DNA of 64,000 nucleotides from Candidatus Daviesbacteria bacterium (GTDB lineage Bacteria; Patescibacteriota; Microgenomatia; Daviesbacterales; UBA10151): NCBI GenBank assembly GCA_016186955.1, contig JACPKP010000003.1, positions 194,290 to 258,289 of the forward strand, read 5' to 3'. Shown piece by piece: positions 9,998 to 19,599 of this stretch (position 1 is its first letter; each line of letters starts with the position of its first letter). The notes under the pieces were generated by a model. It saw only the letters and a program-made list of their open reading frames with translations, ran no database searches and was not told where the DNA came from. The position numbers and the translations under genes were made by a program.

Positions 9998-11041
9998 ATG
10001 TTTGGGCGTTTCTGGCAGCTTGTTTCCCATGATATCGGCATAGATTTAGGCACAGTCAATACCCTGGTGGCTGTCAAAGGTAAGGGGATTTTAATCAGGG
10101 AACCCTCGGTTGTGGCTATCCATAAAAAAACCCGCCAGATTTTAGCCATTGGTGTGGAAGCAAAAAGGATGTTGGGCAGGACTCCAATTATGATTGAGGC
10201 CATTAGGCCATTGCGGGATGGGGTGATCTCAGACTTTGACACAACCGAGGCAATGCTGCGCCATTTTATCCAAAGGGTGCACCAGACACCCGGGTATTTC
10301 CCAAAAATCCCCAGGCCCAGGGTGGTGATCGGTATTCCTTCAGGAGTCACTGAAGTAGAAAGAAGGGCAGTGCAGGATGCTGCCATCTCTGCAGGCGCCA
10401 GGGAAGCTTATTTAATTGAGGAGCCGATGGCGGATGCCATTGGTGCAAATTTAAATATTGAAGACCCGGAAGGGAATCTGGTGGTGGACATCGGAGGTGG
10501 GACAACTGAAATCGGTGTAATCTCTTTGGGGGGTATGGTAATCAACCGTTCACTGCGGGTTGCAGGTGATGAGATGGACCAGGATATCGTCTCTTATATG
10601 AGGATGCGTTACGGGATGCTGATTGGTGAACGTACCGCGGAAGAGGTCAAAATTGAACTTGGGAGCGCCGTACCGTTGCCCAAAGAAAAGGAGACGATTA
10701 TCAGGGGACGTGAGTTGGCATCAGGTCTGCCAAAATCCATTCGGATCTCATCATCTGAGATCAGGGAAGCGTTAAGTTCAACAATAAACCAGATTATCAA
10801 TGAGATCCATGAAGTGTTGGAAGAGACTCCGCCGGAACTACTGTCTGATATTTTGGAGCGGGGGATTGTTATTACCGGTGGTGGGGCGCTTATCAGAGGG
10901 TTAGATAAAAGAATTTCTGATGAAACTAAAATTCCAGTTCTGGTAGCGGATGACCCGCTGACAACGGTTGTCAGGGGTTGCGCAAAACTTTTAGAGGACT
11001 TGGATCTGCTTGCCAAAGTTAAAGTTTCGGGTTTAAGATGA
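9998..11041 (+). CDS. mreB: rod shape-determining actin homologue MreB
   Basis: DIGIDLGTVNTLVAV, GGGTTEIGVISLGG actin-fold motifs. Confidence 0.9.
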   Translation: MFGRFWQLVSHDIGIDLGTVNTLVAVKGKGILIREPSVVAIHKKTRQILAIGVEAKRMLGRTPIMIEAIRPLRDGVISDFDTTEAMLRHFIQRVHQTPGYFPKIPRPRVVIGIPSGVTEVERRAVQDAAISAGAREAYLIEEPMADAIGANLNIEDPEGNLVVDIGGGTTEIGVISLGGMVINRSLRVAGDEMDQDIVSYMRMRYGMLIGERTAEEVKIELGSAVPLPKEKETIIRGRELASGLPKSIRISSSEIREALSSTINQIINEIHEVLEETPPELLSDILERGIVITGGGALIRGLDKRISDETKIPVLVADDPLTTVVRGCAKLLEDLDLLAKVKVSGLR

Positions 11042-12495
11042 AAGAAAATTCATTGGAACGGCTTGTTAGCAGTAGATATGGGAAGGTATATAAAACCAGG
11101 CCGTATTTTAACCATTCTGTTGAATTTAAAAAGCAATTTACAGCCTTGGAAAGGATGGAAAAATTGCAAAATGCGGGGTTTAATGTTTTTAATTTTCCCG
11201 CAGAGATGGTTACAGGCTGCGACCTTCTTTCTGATTCCGGCACAACCACTTTAAGCAATGAGCAGTGGGCGGCCATCCATTTGGGGGATGAGGCGTATGC
11301 TTCAAACAAAGGATACTTTTTATTCATTGATCAATGTGAAAAAACATTTGGGGAAGGTTTCAGTGTGTTTTTGTTCCACCAGGGTAGGGCAGCGGAGAAT
11401 GCGTTATTTAATCAGTTTAAAGGGAAACAAACATGGGTAATCCCTTCAAACGGGCATTTTGATACAACCAGGGCCAATATCGAAGCAAACAAATTACAGG
11501 CTTTGGACCTTTTCTCCGATTCGCTCAAAGTCCCTTCATCAGAAGATTGTTTTAAGGGAAATATAAACATAGGTAAATTGAAAAAACTGTTTAAGCAATC
11601 TGCTAAAAATGTCCCGTTGGTATTTTTAACAATTACCAACAACACCGGAGGGGGGCAGCCTGTATCAATGGAAAATATTAAGGATGCTGCAAGGCTCTCG
11701 AAAGCATTTAACACCCCCTTATTTTTTGATGCCTGCAGGTTTGCAGAAAATGCTTACTTTATCAAAAATTACGAACAAGGATATAAAAATAAGAGTGTTG
11801 GGGGGATAGTAAGGGAGATGTTTTCCGCGGTGGATGGTTTTACCATAAGTTTTAAAAAAGACGGCTTATCCAATATGGGAGGGGGTCTTTTTATCCGTAA
11901 GGAAGGATTGTTTACTAAAAAATTTCCCCAAATTACTGATCAACTTTTGGATTACCAGATTTTAACAGAAGGCCACCCAACCTATGGGGGGATGTCGGGA
12001 AGGGATATTGCAGCTTTGTCCATAGGGTTGGGTAAGGTGACTGATGAAGATTATTTAAGCCATCGGGTTAAACAGGTGCAGGATTTCGGGAAGACTATGA
12101 AAAATTTTGGCCTGCCGGCGCTTACTCCTGCCGGGGGGCATGCGGTTTATCTAGACATGGATAAATTTTTTAAAGATACAGATTTTCAGCCGGAAAATTT
12201 TGGCGGCATCAGTTTTACGGCATTTTTACTTGTAACATTTGGGCACCGGGTTTGCGAACTTGGGAATTTTGCCTTCGGAAAATTTGACCGCAACACCCAG
12301 ACGGAGATTTTACCAGAGGTAAACTATGTGCGGTTTGCCGTCCCAAGACTCAGGTATGAAAAGCAGGATTTGGATGCTGTAGCCCAAGCCTCAAGAGCCT
12401 TGTATCAAGATAGGGTATATTTGCCGAAAATGAGGGTAGTATACGGTAGGGATTTGCCGCTGCGCCACTTCAAAGCCAGGTTTGAGATTAATTGA
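11038..12495 (+). CDS. beta-eliminating lyase family (tryptophanase / tyrosine phenol-lyase-like), PLP-dependent
   Basis: blocks matching TnaA: DLLSDSGTT, HLGDEAYASN, HQGRAAENA, ACRFAENAYFIKN, SFKKDGLSNMGG (PLP Lys), HPTYGGMSG, GGHAVYLD; ATGA overlap with mreB stop. Confidence 0.75.
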   Translation: MKENSLERLVSSRYGKVYKTRPYFNHSVEFKKQFTALERMEKLQNAGFNVFNFPAEMVTGCDLLSDSGTTTLSNEQWAAIHLGDEAYASNKGYFLFIDQCEKTFGEGFSVFLFHQGRAAENALFNQFKGKQTWVIPSNGHFDTTRANIEANKLQALDLFSDSLKVPSSEDCFKGNINIGKLKKLFKQSAKNVPLVFLTITNNTGGGQPVSMENIKDAARLSKAFNTPLFFDACRFAENAYFIKNYEQGYKNKSVGGIVREMFSAVDGFTISFKKDGLSNMGGGLFIRKEGLFTKKFPQITDQLLDYQILTEGHPTYGGMSGRDIAALSIGLGKVTDEDYLSHRVKQVQDFGKTMKNFGLPALTPAGGHAVYLDMDKFFKDTDFQPENFGGISFTAFLLVTFGHRVCELGNFAFGKFDRNTQTEILPEVNYVRFAVPRLRYEKQDLDAVAQASRALYQDRVYLPKMRVVYGRDLPLRHFKARFEIN

Positions 12496-12922
12496 CAAAG
12501 TTTCAAGCATAAGGTATATTTTTTCCATGGAAAAAGAAAGATCACTGGTAAAAAGAATTGGAGTACATATGGAGAAGTTTTCAAACTTCTTGTGGGGGTT
12601 GCCTGCAGGCAGCGAAGTTGAAACTTATGGTTTTAGTCCCAAGAGAGCAAAAGATATTAAAGACTTGGCAAAAATCATCGGGGTAAACCCAAGGCGAGAA
12701 GAGCCAAAAGGGGCAGTATTGGATACAGCTTTGTATGTCTTTGAAAGGATTATTTCCTTGCAGGCTGAAGGGTATTCAATTTATGCAATTACTCCGGATC
12801 ATGAACAAATCCTGCAAAAGTATGGGGAAGTACATAAATTTGACTCATTTATTGCTCCGGGGGAAACCCAAGAAGCCAAAGAACATTTTGGACTTTCTAA
12901 TCAAGACTCAAAACACGATTGA
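12482..12922 (+). CDS. hypothetical protein
   Basis: 146 aa ORF, no recognised motifs. Confidence 0.35.
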   Translation: MRLIDKVSSIRYIFSMEKERSLVKRIGVHMEKFSNFLWGLPAGSEVETYGFSPKRAKDIKDLAKIIGVNPRREEPKGAVLDTALYVFERIISLQAEGYSIYAITPDHEQILQKYGEVHKFDSFIAPGETQEAKEHFGLSNQDSKHD

Positions 12923-13117
12923 AAAGGTGTGAAGCTACACTACCCGACGGGTGTAAGATTGTGGTAAATTTTAAAGAAAGTGTGTGAAGCCAATTTTCCT
13001 AAAGTATAAATTTTTTATTACATCTTCCAGAACACCACGCCTTTACAATTTGTAAAACAAATTGGGTGTGTTGGCGTGGATGAATGGAAGAATTTTACCG
13101 CGAAGCGGTCATTGTAA

Positions 13118-13142
13118 AGAGTACCACGGCTTTAGCCGTGGG
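13118..13142. repeat. left terminal inverted repeat / hairpin (agagtaccacggctttagccgtggg) of 13.1-18.0 kb block
   Basis: reverse complement matches 17968..17992 except hairpin loop; preceded by further hairpins at 13040-13110. Confidence 0.7.
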
Positions 13143-13175
13143 AATCTATGCTATACTGATTAAAAGTTTCTTTTT

Positions 13176-15938
13176 ATGGCTGAATTACTGCAAACAGATG
13201 ATACAGAGTCCCGTAGAAGGGTGATTTTAAAGGAGTTTGACCCATTATCAACAGATGCAGAATTTGATGCTTTTGGTCAAAAAGTTACCAAAAGCGGGCA
13301 GAAAGCAATTGAAGTTCAAAAAAAGCGCTTAGAATGGATGGAGGAAAAACTAGCTGAGGTATACAAACGGGGTAAGCGCCCCCAACTTATAACTTATGAA
13401 TATGTTAATAAAAAATATTATCCTGTTTTCAATCCCGATGTTGAGTTTAAGTATGCAGTACAAGAACAAACTAACCGATACAACCGCTGGTTTATTCATC
13501 TTCCTACGGGTTTGAAAGGCCAATGGAAAACAGTTTTAGATTATAAGACCGGGAGGATACGTTTTTATTTTTTTAATGCAGAAGCAGAAACCCGGAATGA
13601 ATATGACGCCGGAGGGTATTATTTAAGAGGAGAATTTATACCTTTTGACTCCGGACCAAAATTCCAGCGGAAAACTGTTATTGTAGAAACACCGATTGCC
13701 GAATACAGCGCTGCACTTTGTAAACCTGACCTTCCCCGGATATTTGATACTGTTGCAAAAAGATATAAGTTTTATGTTTATAAATATAACTCTCTTCCGG
13801 TGGCGGAAGACGAGAACGGCAATCCGATAGCCTGGTGGTCAGAAGATAAGCGCCGTTGGGTTACAGGTAAACTAAATGATGGCTGGAGACCTTCTGAAGA
13901 ATTTGTTAATTTTGCTGCCCCCGGAATAGGCGGAAAACTTTTATATGCAGATGAACAAGAGATGGCTAAGTTTCAAGGACTTTGGTCAGGTATCCCATCA
14001 GCAACACTGCTGCGCTTATATGTACAAGCTTCAGAGGAAATTCCGGAAGACAATATAAAAGACCCAAAGTACCGTATTTCAGCGGAAATTACCGGACATC
14101 AAGTTGAAAATCAGCGTCAAGACGCAGAAAAAGGAAGTAAACCGGCTGAAGGGAAAAAAGAAGAAGGGCAAGAAACAGAAAGGAAATCAGGCTATGGGTA
14201 TAAAATTGAATGGGATGGAAAAGATAATAAAATTGTAGCAATTTTAGGGAACAATGGAGAATTTTTTGTAGGCGGAAAAAAGGGGGCAAAACCTAAAATT
14301 CGTCATAGTCCCTCAGGTTTACAGGTAATAATTCAGGCAAAAGTAGATTACGGAAACAACCGGATATTATTTCAAGCTGTTCATCCGGAAAGGGAATCTA
14401 TCATTGATTTTGGTCATACCAGTTTGAGGGGAGAAACATGGGTGGAAGGATCGGGAAAAGTTATTGGGAATAGGAGAAAGGATACGGTGGTGTATCAGTG
14501 GGAGGTGTCCCTTCAGAAAGAAGATTTTCCGCCATCGTTTGCAGAAGTCGGGCCGGTTGAAGTACGTGGTTTTCCTGGGGTATCTAATTATTTGCCCATT
14601 GCAGTTATTACAAACGGTAGCAGCGAAAGATGTGTTGCACGCTACAGTATGGTACTTAGCCAATGGCGGAATGATCATTTGCCACAAAGGCCTGAGGAAT
14701 TCGGACATTACTCGGATTATACAGGGATTGCTAATATTAATTGGCAAGACAATACAAATCGTATAAATTCTCAGCGAGCAGTAATGGCAAAACGTCAAAA
14801 TCTTATGTTTGCAGAAGAACAAATATATGACCGAACTCCTTATTTTCTTCAGTTTCAAGATGTAGATGTAGAATGCGATGAAGAAGAAATGTTGGGAGTA
14901 ACCGAAACACTCGCGGTAGAAACAAAAAGGCTTGTTGAAAAAGTTTTAGCGCAACCCGAAAAATATGGGTTTAGGGATGCTATCAAACGTCAAAATCTTC
15001 GAGTAAAACTTAGGGTTGCCGAAAAATTATTAGGGCGGATGACAGATTCTTTCGCATCCGTTGCAGATACCTATGAAGCAAGGATTAAATTTGAAGCCTT
15101 ACAACAACAGCTTTTGATACATATTGCCCAGGTAGAACGGGTTGCACAGGAAAGGGAAAGGATACTCCCTGCAGTAGCGCCAATTGCCGCTGATTTAAAG
15201 GTAAAAATGAAAAACCTAATACGAAGGCAATATAGTCAGGATGCTGCCTTATCTGACGCCGACTATGATAATATAAAAATTTTATGGCGGGAACTAAGTA
15301 ATAGAATTAATGATCCAAATGATGATATTAAGGATGTTGAGATAAAACTTAAGTCTTTAGACCAAAGCGTTAATGAAGCGCTAACACAAAAAAAGGATAA
15401 AGTAACACTACCAAAACTTTCTGTTGATGCAGTGCCAGAGCAGCAGGAAACACCTGACCGGCGCCAATCTCCGCTAGAGCTTGTAAATGAGCTTTCGGAA
15501 AGATCAACGCCCGAACTACAAGAAGAGTTGCAAAAGAAATCAACCCGCCGTGACCCAAAACGATCACATACAATCTATGCAATTTTAGCCTCCCGCGGTT
15601 TTGATGGAGTAAGGGTTTTGGGGGAAGAAGAGGATATCCATATAGAACAGGGGCGGGAAAAAATGGATCAGCTGATTGCGCAAGCTCAACAAACAGACGG
15701 TTCAGAGGAACAATTATCATTACTTAAAAATATGGATAAAAAAATCAACATTCTGATTACTACTTTAAAAGCCGCCAAACATGATATGGTCAAAGACTTT
15801 ATGGGGGATGACCCCCAGGCCCTGGAGGCCTTTCAAACTATCTTTTATCAAACCTTGGAGGATAGAGAAGAGTTGCCAATAACAGATGAACAAATGCAGG
15901 ATTTAATAGAACAAGTAATAGATCAAATGACCGCTTAA
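13176..15938 (+). CDS. large hypothetical protein (920 aa), charged/coiled-coil C-terminal half
   Basis: long uninterrupted ORF with genome-typical codon usage; no recognised domain. Confidence 0.6.
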   Translation: MAELLQTDDTESRRRVILKEFDPLSTDAEFDAFGQKVTKSGQKAIEVQKKRLEWMEEKLAEVYKRGKRPQLITYEYVNKKYYPVFNPDVEFKYAVQEQTNRYNRWFIHLPTGLKGQWKTVLDYKTGRIRFYFFNAEAETRNEYDAGGYYLRGEFIPFDSGPKFQRKTVIVETPIAEYSAALCKPDLPRIFDTVAKRYKFYVYKYNSLPVAEDENGNPIAWWSEDKRRWVTGKLNDGWRPSEEFVNFAAPGIGGKLLYADEQEMAKFQGLWSGIPSATLLRLYVQASEEIPEDNIKDPKYRISAEITGHQVENQRQDAEKGSKPAEGKKEEGQETERKSGYGYKIEWDGKDNKIVAILGNNGEFFVGGKKGAKPKIRHSPSGLQVIIQAKVDYGNNRILFQAVHPERESIIDFGHTSLRGETWVEGSGKVIGNRRKDTVVYQWEVSLQKEDFPPSFAEVGPVEVRGFPGVSNYLPIAVITNGSSERCVARYSMVLSQWRNDHLPQRPEEFGHYSDYTGIANINWQDNTNRINSQRAVMAKRQNLMFAEEQIYDRTPYFLQFQDVDVECDEEEMLGVTETLAVETKRLVEKVLAQPEKYGFRDAIKRQNLRVKLRVAEKLLGRMTDSFASVADTYEARIKFEALQQQLLIHIAQVERVAQERERILPAVAPIAADLKVKMKNLIRRQYSQDAALSDADYDNIKILWRELSNRINDPNDDIKDVEIKLKSLDQSVNEALTQKKDKVTLPKLSVDAVPEQQETPDRRQSPLELVNELSERSTPELQEELQKKSTRRDPKRSHTIYAILASRGFDGVRVLGEEEDIHIEQGREKMDQLIAQAQQTDGSEEQLSLLKNMDKKINILITTLKAAKHDMVKDFMGDDPQALEAFQTIFYQTLEDREELPITDEQMQDLIEQVIDQMTA

Positions 15939-16139
15939 CTTGACTATCCTATAATAATGTGCTATAATTATATAGTTCTTTAAAAGTTAAATTATATTGC
16001 CTTCTGAAGAGGTATGAGTATTAGGTGTCTGCTTGATTTCATCATGTTTGACGTCTAAGGCTTTAACGCCTCTTGTTTTTTTAAACAAGATACGCATCAG
16101 TCTCAAGCCTCTACTTGGGGATTAAGCCTAAAAATTTAT

Positions 16140-16559
16140 ATGTTTGTAGGTTTAATCCTCAAGTACGAGGAAATCCCTCTGGGTTTTGACCCAAATTATG
16201 GGGATTTGGAGGTTATCATGCGGTTTTTCAATACCGCGTTCTCGCTCTCGATGGTCGTTCCTCCCTTCTCTTTGAAGGGTGGGGAGTTGACCGCCGAGCA
16301 GGTGGGTCAGTGGCTGCGGGAAGGAGACGTTCAAAACGTTGCCAACCCGTCGCACGCGAACACCCTCGCTGCGGTTTCGCAGCGGTTAGGTGTTGACGTG
16401 CGGAACGCCGCTGGTGGCCGGGTGGTTTTGAATCCGGGTGACCAGGTTTTGGTTGCCCAGGTCACCTTCCCCCCGTCCGTCCCGCGCGAGACAACGGAAT
16501 ATTCCGATGAGCAGTTGGCTCTCGGGAAATTTTCGTTTGTACTCGTTGAGATCGCCTAG
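16140..16559 (+). CDS. hypothetical ORF within high-GC compositional island (may alternatively be structured RNA)
   Basis: 139 aa ORF; 16230-16510 is ~60-70% GC vs ~40% background, third positions mostly G/C. Confidence 0.3.
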   Translation: MFVGLILKYEEIPLGFDPNYGDLEVIMRFFNTAFSLSMVVPPFSLKGGELTAEQVGQWLREGDVQNVANPSHANTLAAVSQRLGVDVRNAAGGRVVLNPGDQVLVAQVTFPPSVPRETTEYSDEQLALGKFSFVLVEIA

Positions 16560-16819
16560 TTGAAATTCCGATATGGTCCCGATGAAAAGCTCAAGACTGC
16601 CTAAGCCAGCAATGGACGACGCTATCGATGATGTGTACGCTCGAAAGAGACGTACCCAGGGATAGCTTAATGTGTATATACTAGCTCAGGGATACCTAAG
16701 TAGGAATCGATCCGCAGACAAAACCTCCGCAAACCCAAAAGCGGATAGATCGCTTGTTTATCATTTTCAAGTGCGATTTGTCCCGCGATGCGTATCTTGC
16801 AGTTTTCATTCATGCAACT

Positions 16820-17860
16820 TCAAAAAGCAGTATAATTTTTCAAAAGCCTTAAGACAAAATATTCCTGCAGGTGTAAATTGCCTGTTTTGACGGTCCTTTT
16901 TTTTAGAAAATATTTTTTTAACTTCCTTTTTTGGTAGGCTAAGAAAACAGCCGGGTGGATGTAATAATTCTTGCAAACCGAGACAGTGTTTCTTAGGTGT
17001 TGGGATGTTGTTTTGACAGCTCGGTTGATATTTTGTTTGTTCTGTTTGCCGTAGCCATCCCCTATTTTATTGAGCGTTTCGGCTGCAAGTACTGTTGCCC
17101 CCCAAGTCCTGAAATCCTTGGCAGTGATATCTTCGCCGGTCGCTTTTTTTAAGTAGTCATTTATATCCTGTGAGTCAATGGAATATTTTTTACCATTATT
17201 ATCAATATATTGAAAAAGCTCATACCCGGGCAGTTCTGCGCAGTTTTTAATAATTTTAGCAATGGTTGGGTGGTTGATGCTGACGTTATGTAAAATCCCG
17301 CTTTTCCCAACAAATTCAAACCTTACTTTATCGCCCCAAACATCCACATGCCTGTTCCTTAATGTGGTTAAACCGAAAGATTTATTATCCTGCGCATATT
17401 CTTCGTTGCCGACCCTGATTAAAGTATGTTCCAGAAGCCAGATTACAGTTGCCAAAATTTTTTCCCTAGGCAGCCCCGGTAGTTTTAAATCCTTCTTTAC
17501 GCGGTTTCTGATTTTAGGTAAAGTTAGTCCGAAAGAAACCATTCTGTTAAATTTATTCTCCTTGCATAAATTGATCCACTCCTGGTGGTACAGGTATTGT
17601 TTTCTGCCCTTTTCGTCATAGCCGGTTGCCTGCAGATGCCCGTTCTCTGCCGGGCAGATCCAGACATTTTCCCAGGCAGGGGGTATTGCCAAGCTCTTGA
17701 TTCTGGTTAAAGTTTTTTTGAGAGTGACCCTTTTGCCTGCAGAGTCATAATACCTGAAATTCCTGTTTATCTTTTGGCGCATTATCCCCGGCCTTCTATC
17801 ACTGACATAAATCAGATGGATTTTTTTTAGCCTGTTGGCCAATTCCAGGGTCTGGGTCAT
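16820..17860 (-). CDS. DNA topoisomerase IB (poxvirus/bacterial TopIB type)
   Basis: ITAKDFRTWGATVLAA and YIHP (catalytic Tyr region) motifs, LIYVSDRRPGI..FRYYD N-terminal domain; start set to ATG at 17860. Confidence 0.75.
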   Translation of the reverse strand: MTQTLELANRLKKIHLIYVSDRRPGIMRQKINRNFRYYDSAGKRVTLKKTLTRIKSLAIPPAWENVWICPAENGHLQATGYDEKGRKQYLYHQEWINLCKENKFNRMVSFGLTLPKIRNRVKKDLKLPGLPREKILATVIWLLEHTLIRVGNEEYAQDNKSFGLTTLRNRHVDVWGDKVRFEFVGKSGILHNVSINHPTIAKIIKNCAELPGYELFQYIDNNGKKYSIDSQDINDYLKKATGEDITAKDFRTWGATVLAAETLNKIGDGYGKQNKQNINRAVKTTSQHLRNTVSVCKNYYIHPAVFLAYQKRKLKKYFLKKRTVKTGNLHLQEYFVLRLLKNYTAF

Positions 17861-17967
17861 TTTGTAAAATGAACTACCACGGTTATACACCTTCCGACTT
17901 CGTCGGAACAAAGCCGTGGTATCCGAAGGCGCATTGCGCCTTCGGCGAGTTCTAATCGTTCAATTCA

Positions 17968-17992
17968 CCCACGGATAAATCCGTGGTACTCT
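17968..17992. repeat. right terminal inverted repeat / hairpin (cccacggataaatccgtggtactct)
   Basis: RC pairs with 13118..13142; adjacent perfect 9-bp-stem hairpin ccgaaggcgc-attg-gcgccttcgg at 17923..17945 and ccacgg...ccgtgg hairpin at 17877..17920. Confidence 0.7.
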
Positions 17993-18044
17993 TGAACAAT
18001 TATAGATCTAATTTAAGAGTAGATTAAATAGCAATATTTAGCAA

Positions 18045-18791
18045 TTACAAACTGTTACGTTTATAAGAAGATTCTAAGTTTTTGTAATTGATAATTTCAT
18101 CGTATGTTTCCTGGGTGATTCTGCCAATCTGCCTGCAGAAATCCATTGTTGGGGTTAAGCTCATTACCGCATGGATTTCAAAGCCTAAATCCTGCAAATA
18201 TTGCAACCCTCCCTGTTCCCTCTCAAAAAAAGCGCCGATCCCTATTATTTGATACCCCAGGTATTCGGAAACCCTGATTGCTTCCCTTGAGGAGGTTCCC
18301 TCATTTAAAACATCTTCAAAAAGCAACAGATTTTTTGAGCGGTTTAATGGTTGACCGTACGATACAATACTTCTTTGGCCGTCCAGCGCCTCTTTGGTTA
18401 AAAAATCCTCATAAGGGATGCCGGTGATCTCCGAATATTTTTTGGCAAAAGGGACAACCCCGTTAGGGATTCCGGCAATACAATCTGGGGTTTTGGAGAA
18501 CTTAAGTTTAGTTAACTGGGAGGCGATATCTGACACTAAATCCTGGGGAAGGTTCCTTAAATTTATATAATAAGGCGAAAGAGGCGCAAAAGGATCTTTT
18601 TCGTGTTTTTTTAACACAAATTCCCCCCAATGGACAGGAAAGTCAATTGGGTGTGTGTCCCTGACAATTTTAGTAAATCCGGCAGTTTGTTCTTTTGTAT
18701 CATCGTCAATATAGATTTCCCGTCTTCTGACCGGAGCCCGCGTTTTAGTTTTTAAAAGCTTTAAAATAAGTTCAGCCTGTTCAGTATTCAT
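18045..18791 (-). CDS. pyrE: phosphoribosyltransferase, probable orotate phosphoribosyltransferase
   Basis: type I PRTase PRPP motif (LLLFEDVLNEGTS); directly downstream of pyrF/pyrD in same operon. Confidence 0.6.
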   Translation of the reverse strand: MNTEQAELILKLLKTKTRAPVRRREIYIDDDTKEQTAGFTKIVRDTHPIDFPVHWGEFVLKKHEKDPFAPLSPYYINLRNLPQDLVSDIASQLTKLKFSKTPDCIAGIPNGVVPFAKKYSEITGIPYEDFLTKEALDGQRSIVSYGQPLNRSKNLLLFEDVLNEGTSSREAIRVSEYLGYQIIGIGAFFEREQGGLQYLQDLGFEIHAVMSLTPTMDFCRQIGRITQETYDEIINYKNLESSYKRNSL

Positions 18792-19519
18792 TTAATTTGT
18801 GATGTCATCAGCTCCGCAGCAGCCCGGATATCTTTAGCCCCATAAATTGCCCTTCCCACAATTGCATGCCATTTTTCTCCCGCAACTTTAGCCATCTCAG
18901 AGATCTCTCCCCCTTGTTTTATAAACCCTGGGCTATATAGAGTAATTTTGGATTTTGCAGTAGCGTCATGGTTGAGGCAGCCTTGCAGATATTTCAGGTA
19001 CAGTTGTACAAGTTCCGGTTTATTGCCGGGGACTACGAAATCAGTTACCCCAAGTCGAGTAGCTAGCAAATAAATATGGTAAGGAGCGGCAGCATTGATA
19101 TAGCCACCGTCATCTTCTGAGAAACCTTCATGGGTCATGTGGCCTCCTGTCAAAACCTTAAGTCCTTTGTCCTGGCAGGCTTTAGTCCAGAATTCTTGGG
19201 TTTTCGGGCCTGCAAAAGGGAAGAGAATCACCTCATCTACTTTTGATTCAGCACAAACCCTGGCAAACCTTACCCCTATCTCCGGGATATCATTGCCGGC
19301 TTTTTGGTGGTCATAGATGATTTTTGCGTTGGAATGGAATTTAACGTGTTGTATTAAGCTGGGGAGTCCGTACTGCAGAGCCAGCTCGAAGCCAATTTTG
19401 TAGGCGCTGATGCCCAAAACAGGGGCAGTTTCCTGAAGCAATCTGTCAAATTCATGGATGCTTGCAACATCGCAGGCGACAATGATGCTTTTGTCAGCGG
19501 GAACTAATCTTTCTGCCAT
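18788..19519 (-). CDS. pyrF: orotidine 5'-phosphate decarboxylase
   Basis: OMPdecase-like TIM barrel sequence (IVACDV..., SAYKIG), operon context with pyrD/pyrE. Confidence 0.75.
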   Translation of the reverse strand: MAERLVPADKSIIVACDVASIHEFDRLLQETAPVLGISAYKIGFELALQYGLPSLIQHVKFHSNAKIIYDHQKAGNDIPEIGVRFARVCAESKVDEVILFPFAGPKTQEFWTKACQDKGLKVLTGGHMTHEGFSEDDGGYINAAAPYHIYLLATRLGVTDFVVPGNKPELVQLYLKYLQGCLNHDATAKSKITLYSPGFIKQGGEISEMAKVAGEKWHAIVGRAIYGAKDIRAAAELMTSQIK

Positions 19520-19599
19520 AATTTGCTATTTTTAAGAGGTTACCTCAAACAGTTAAGTTTTGTCAATACCGCCCCCGGCTTTTTTCATACACTTCCCGC

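Noticed and set aside
16140-16560. rRNA fragment as explanation of the GC-rich island
   Set aside because: No match to conserved 16S/23S segments that I can recognise. Left as unexplained compositional island.
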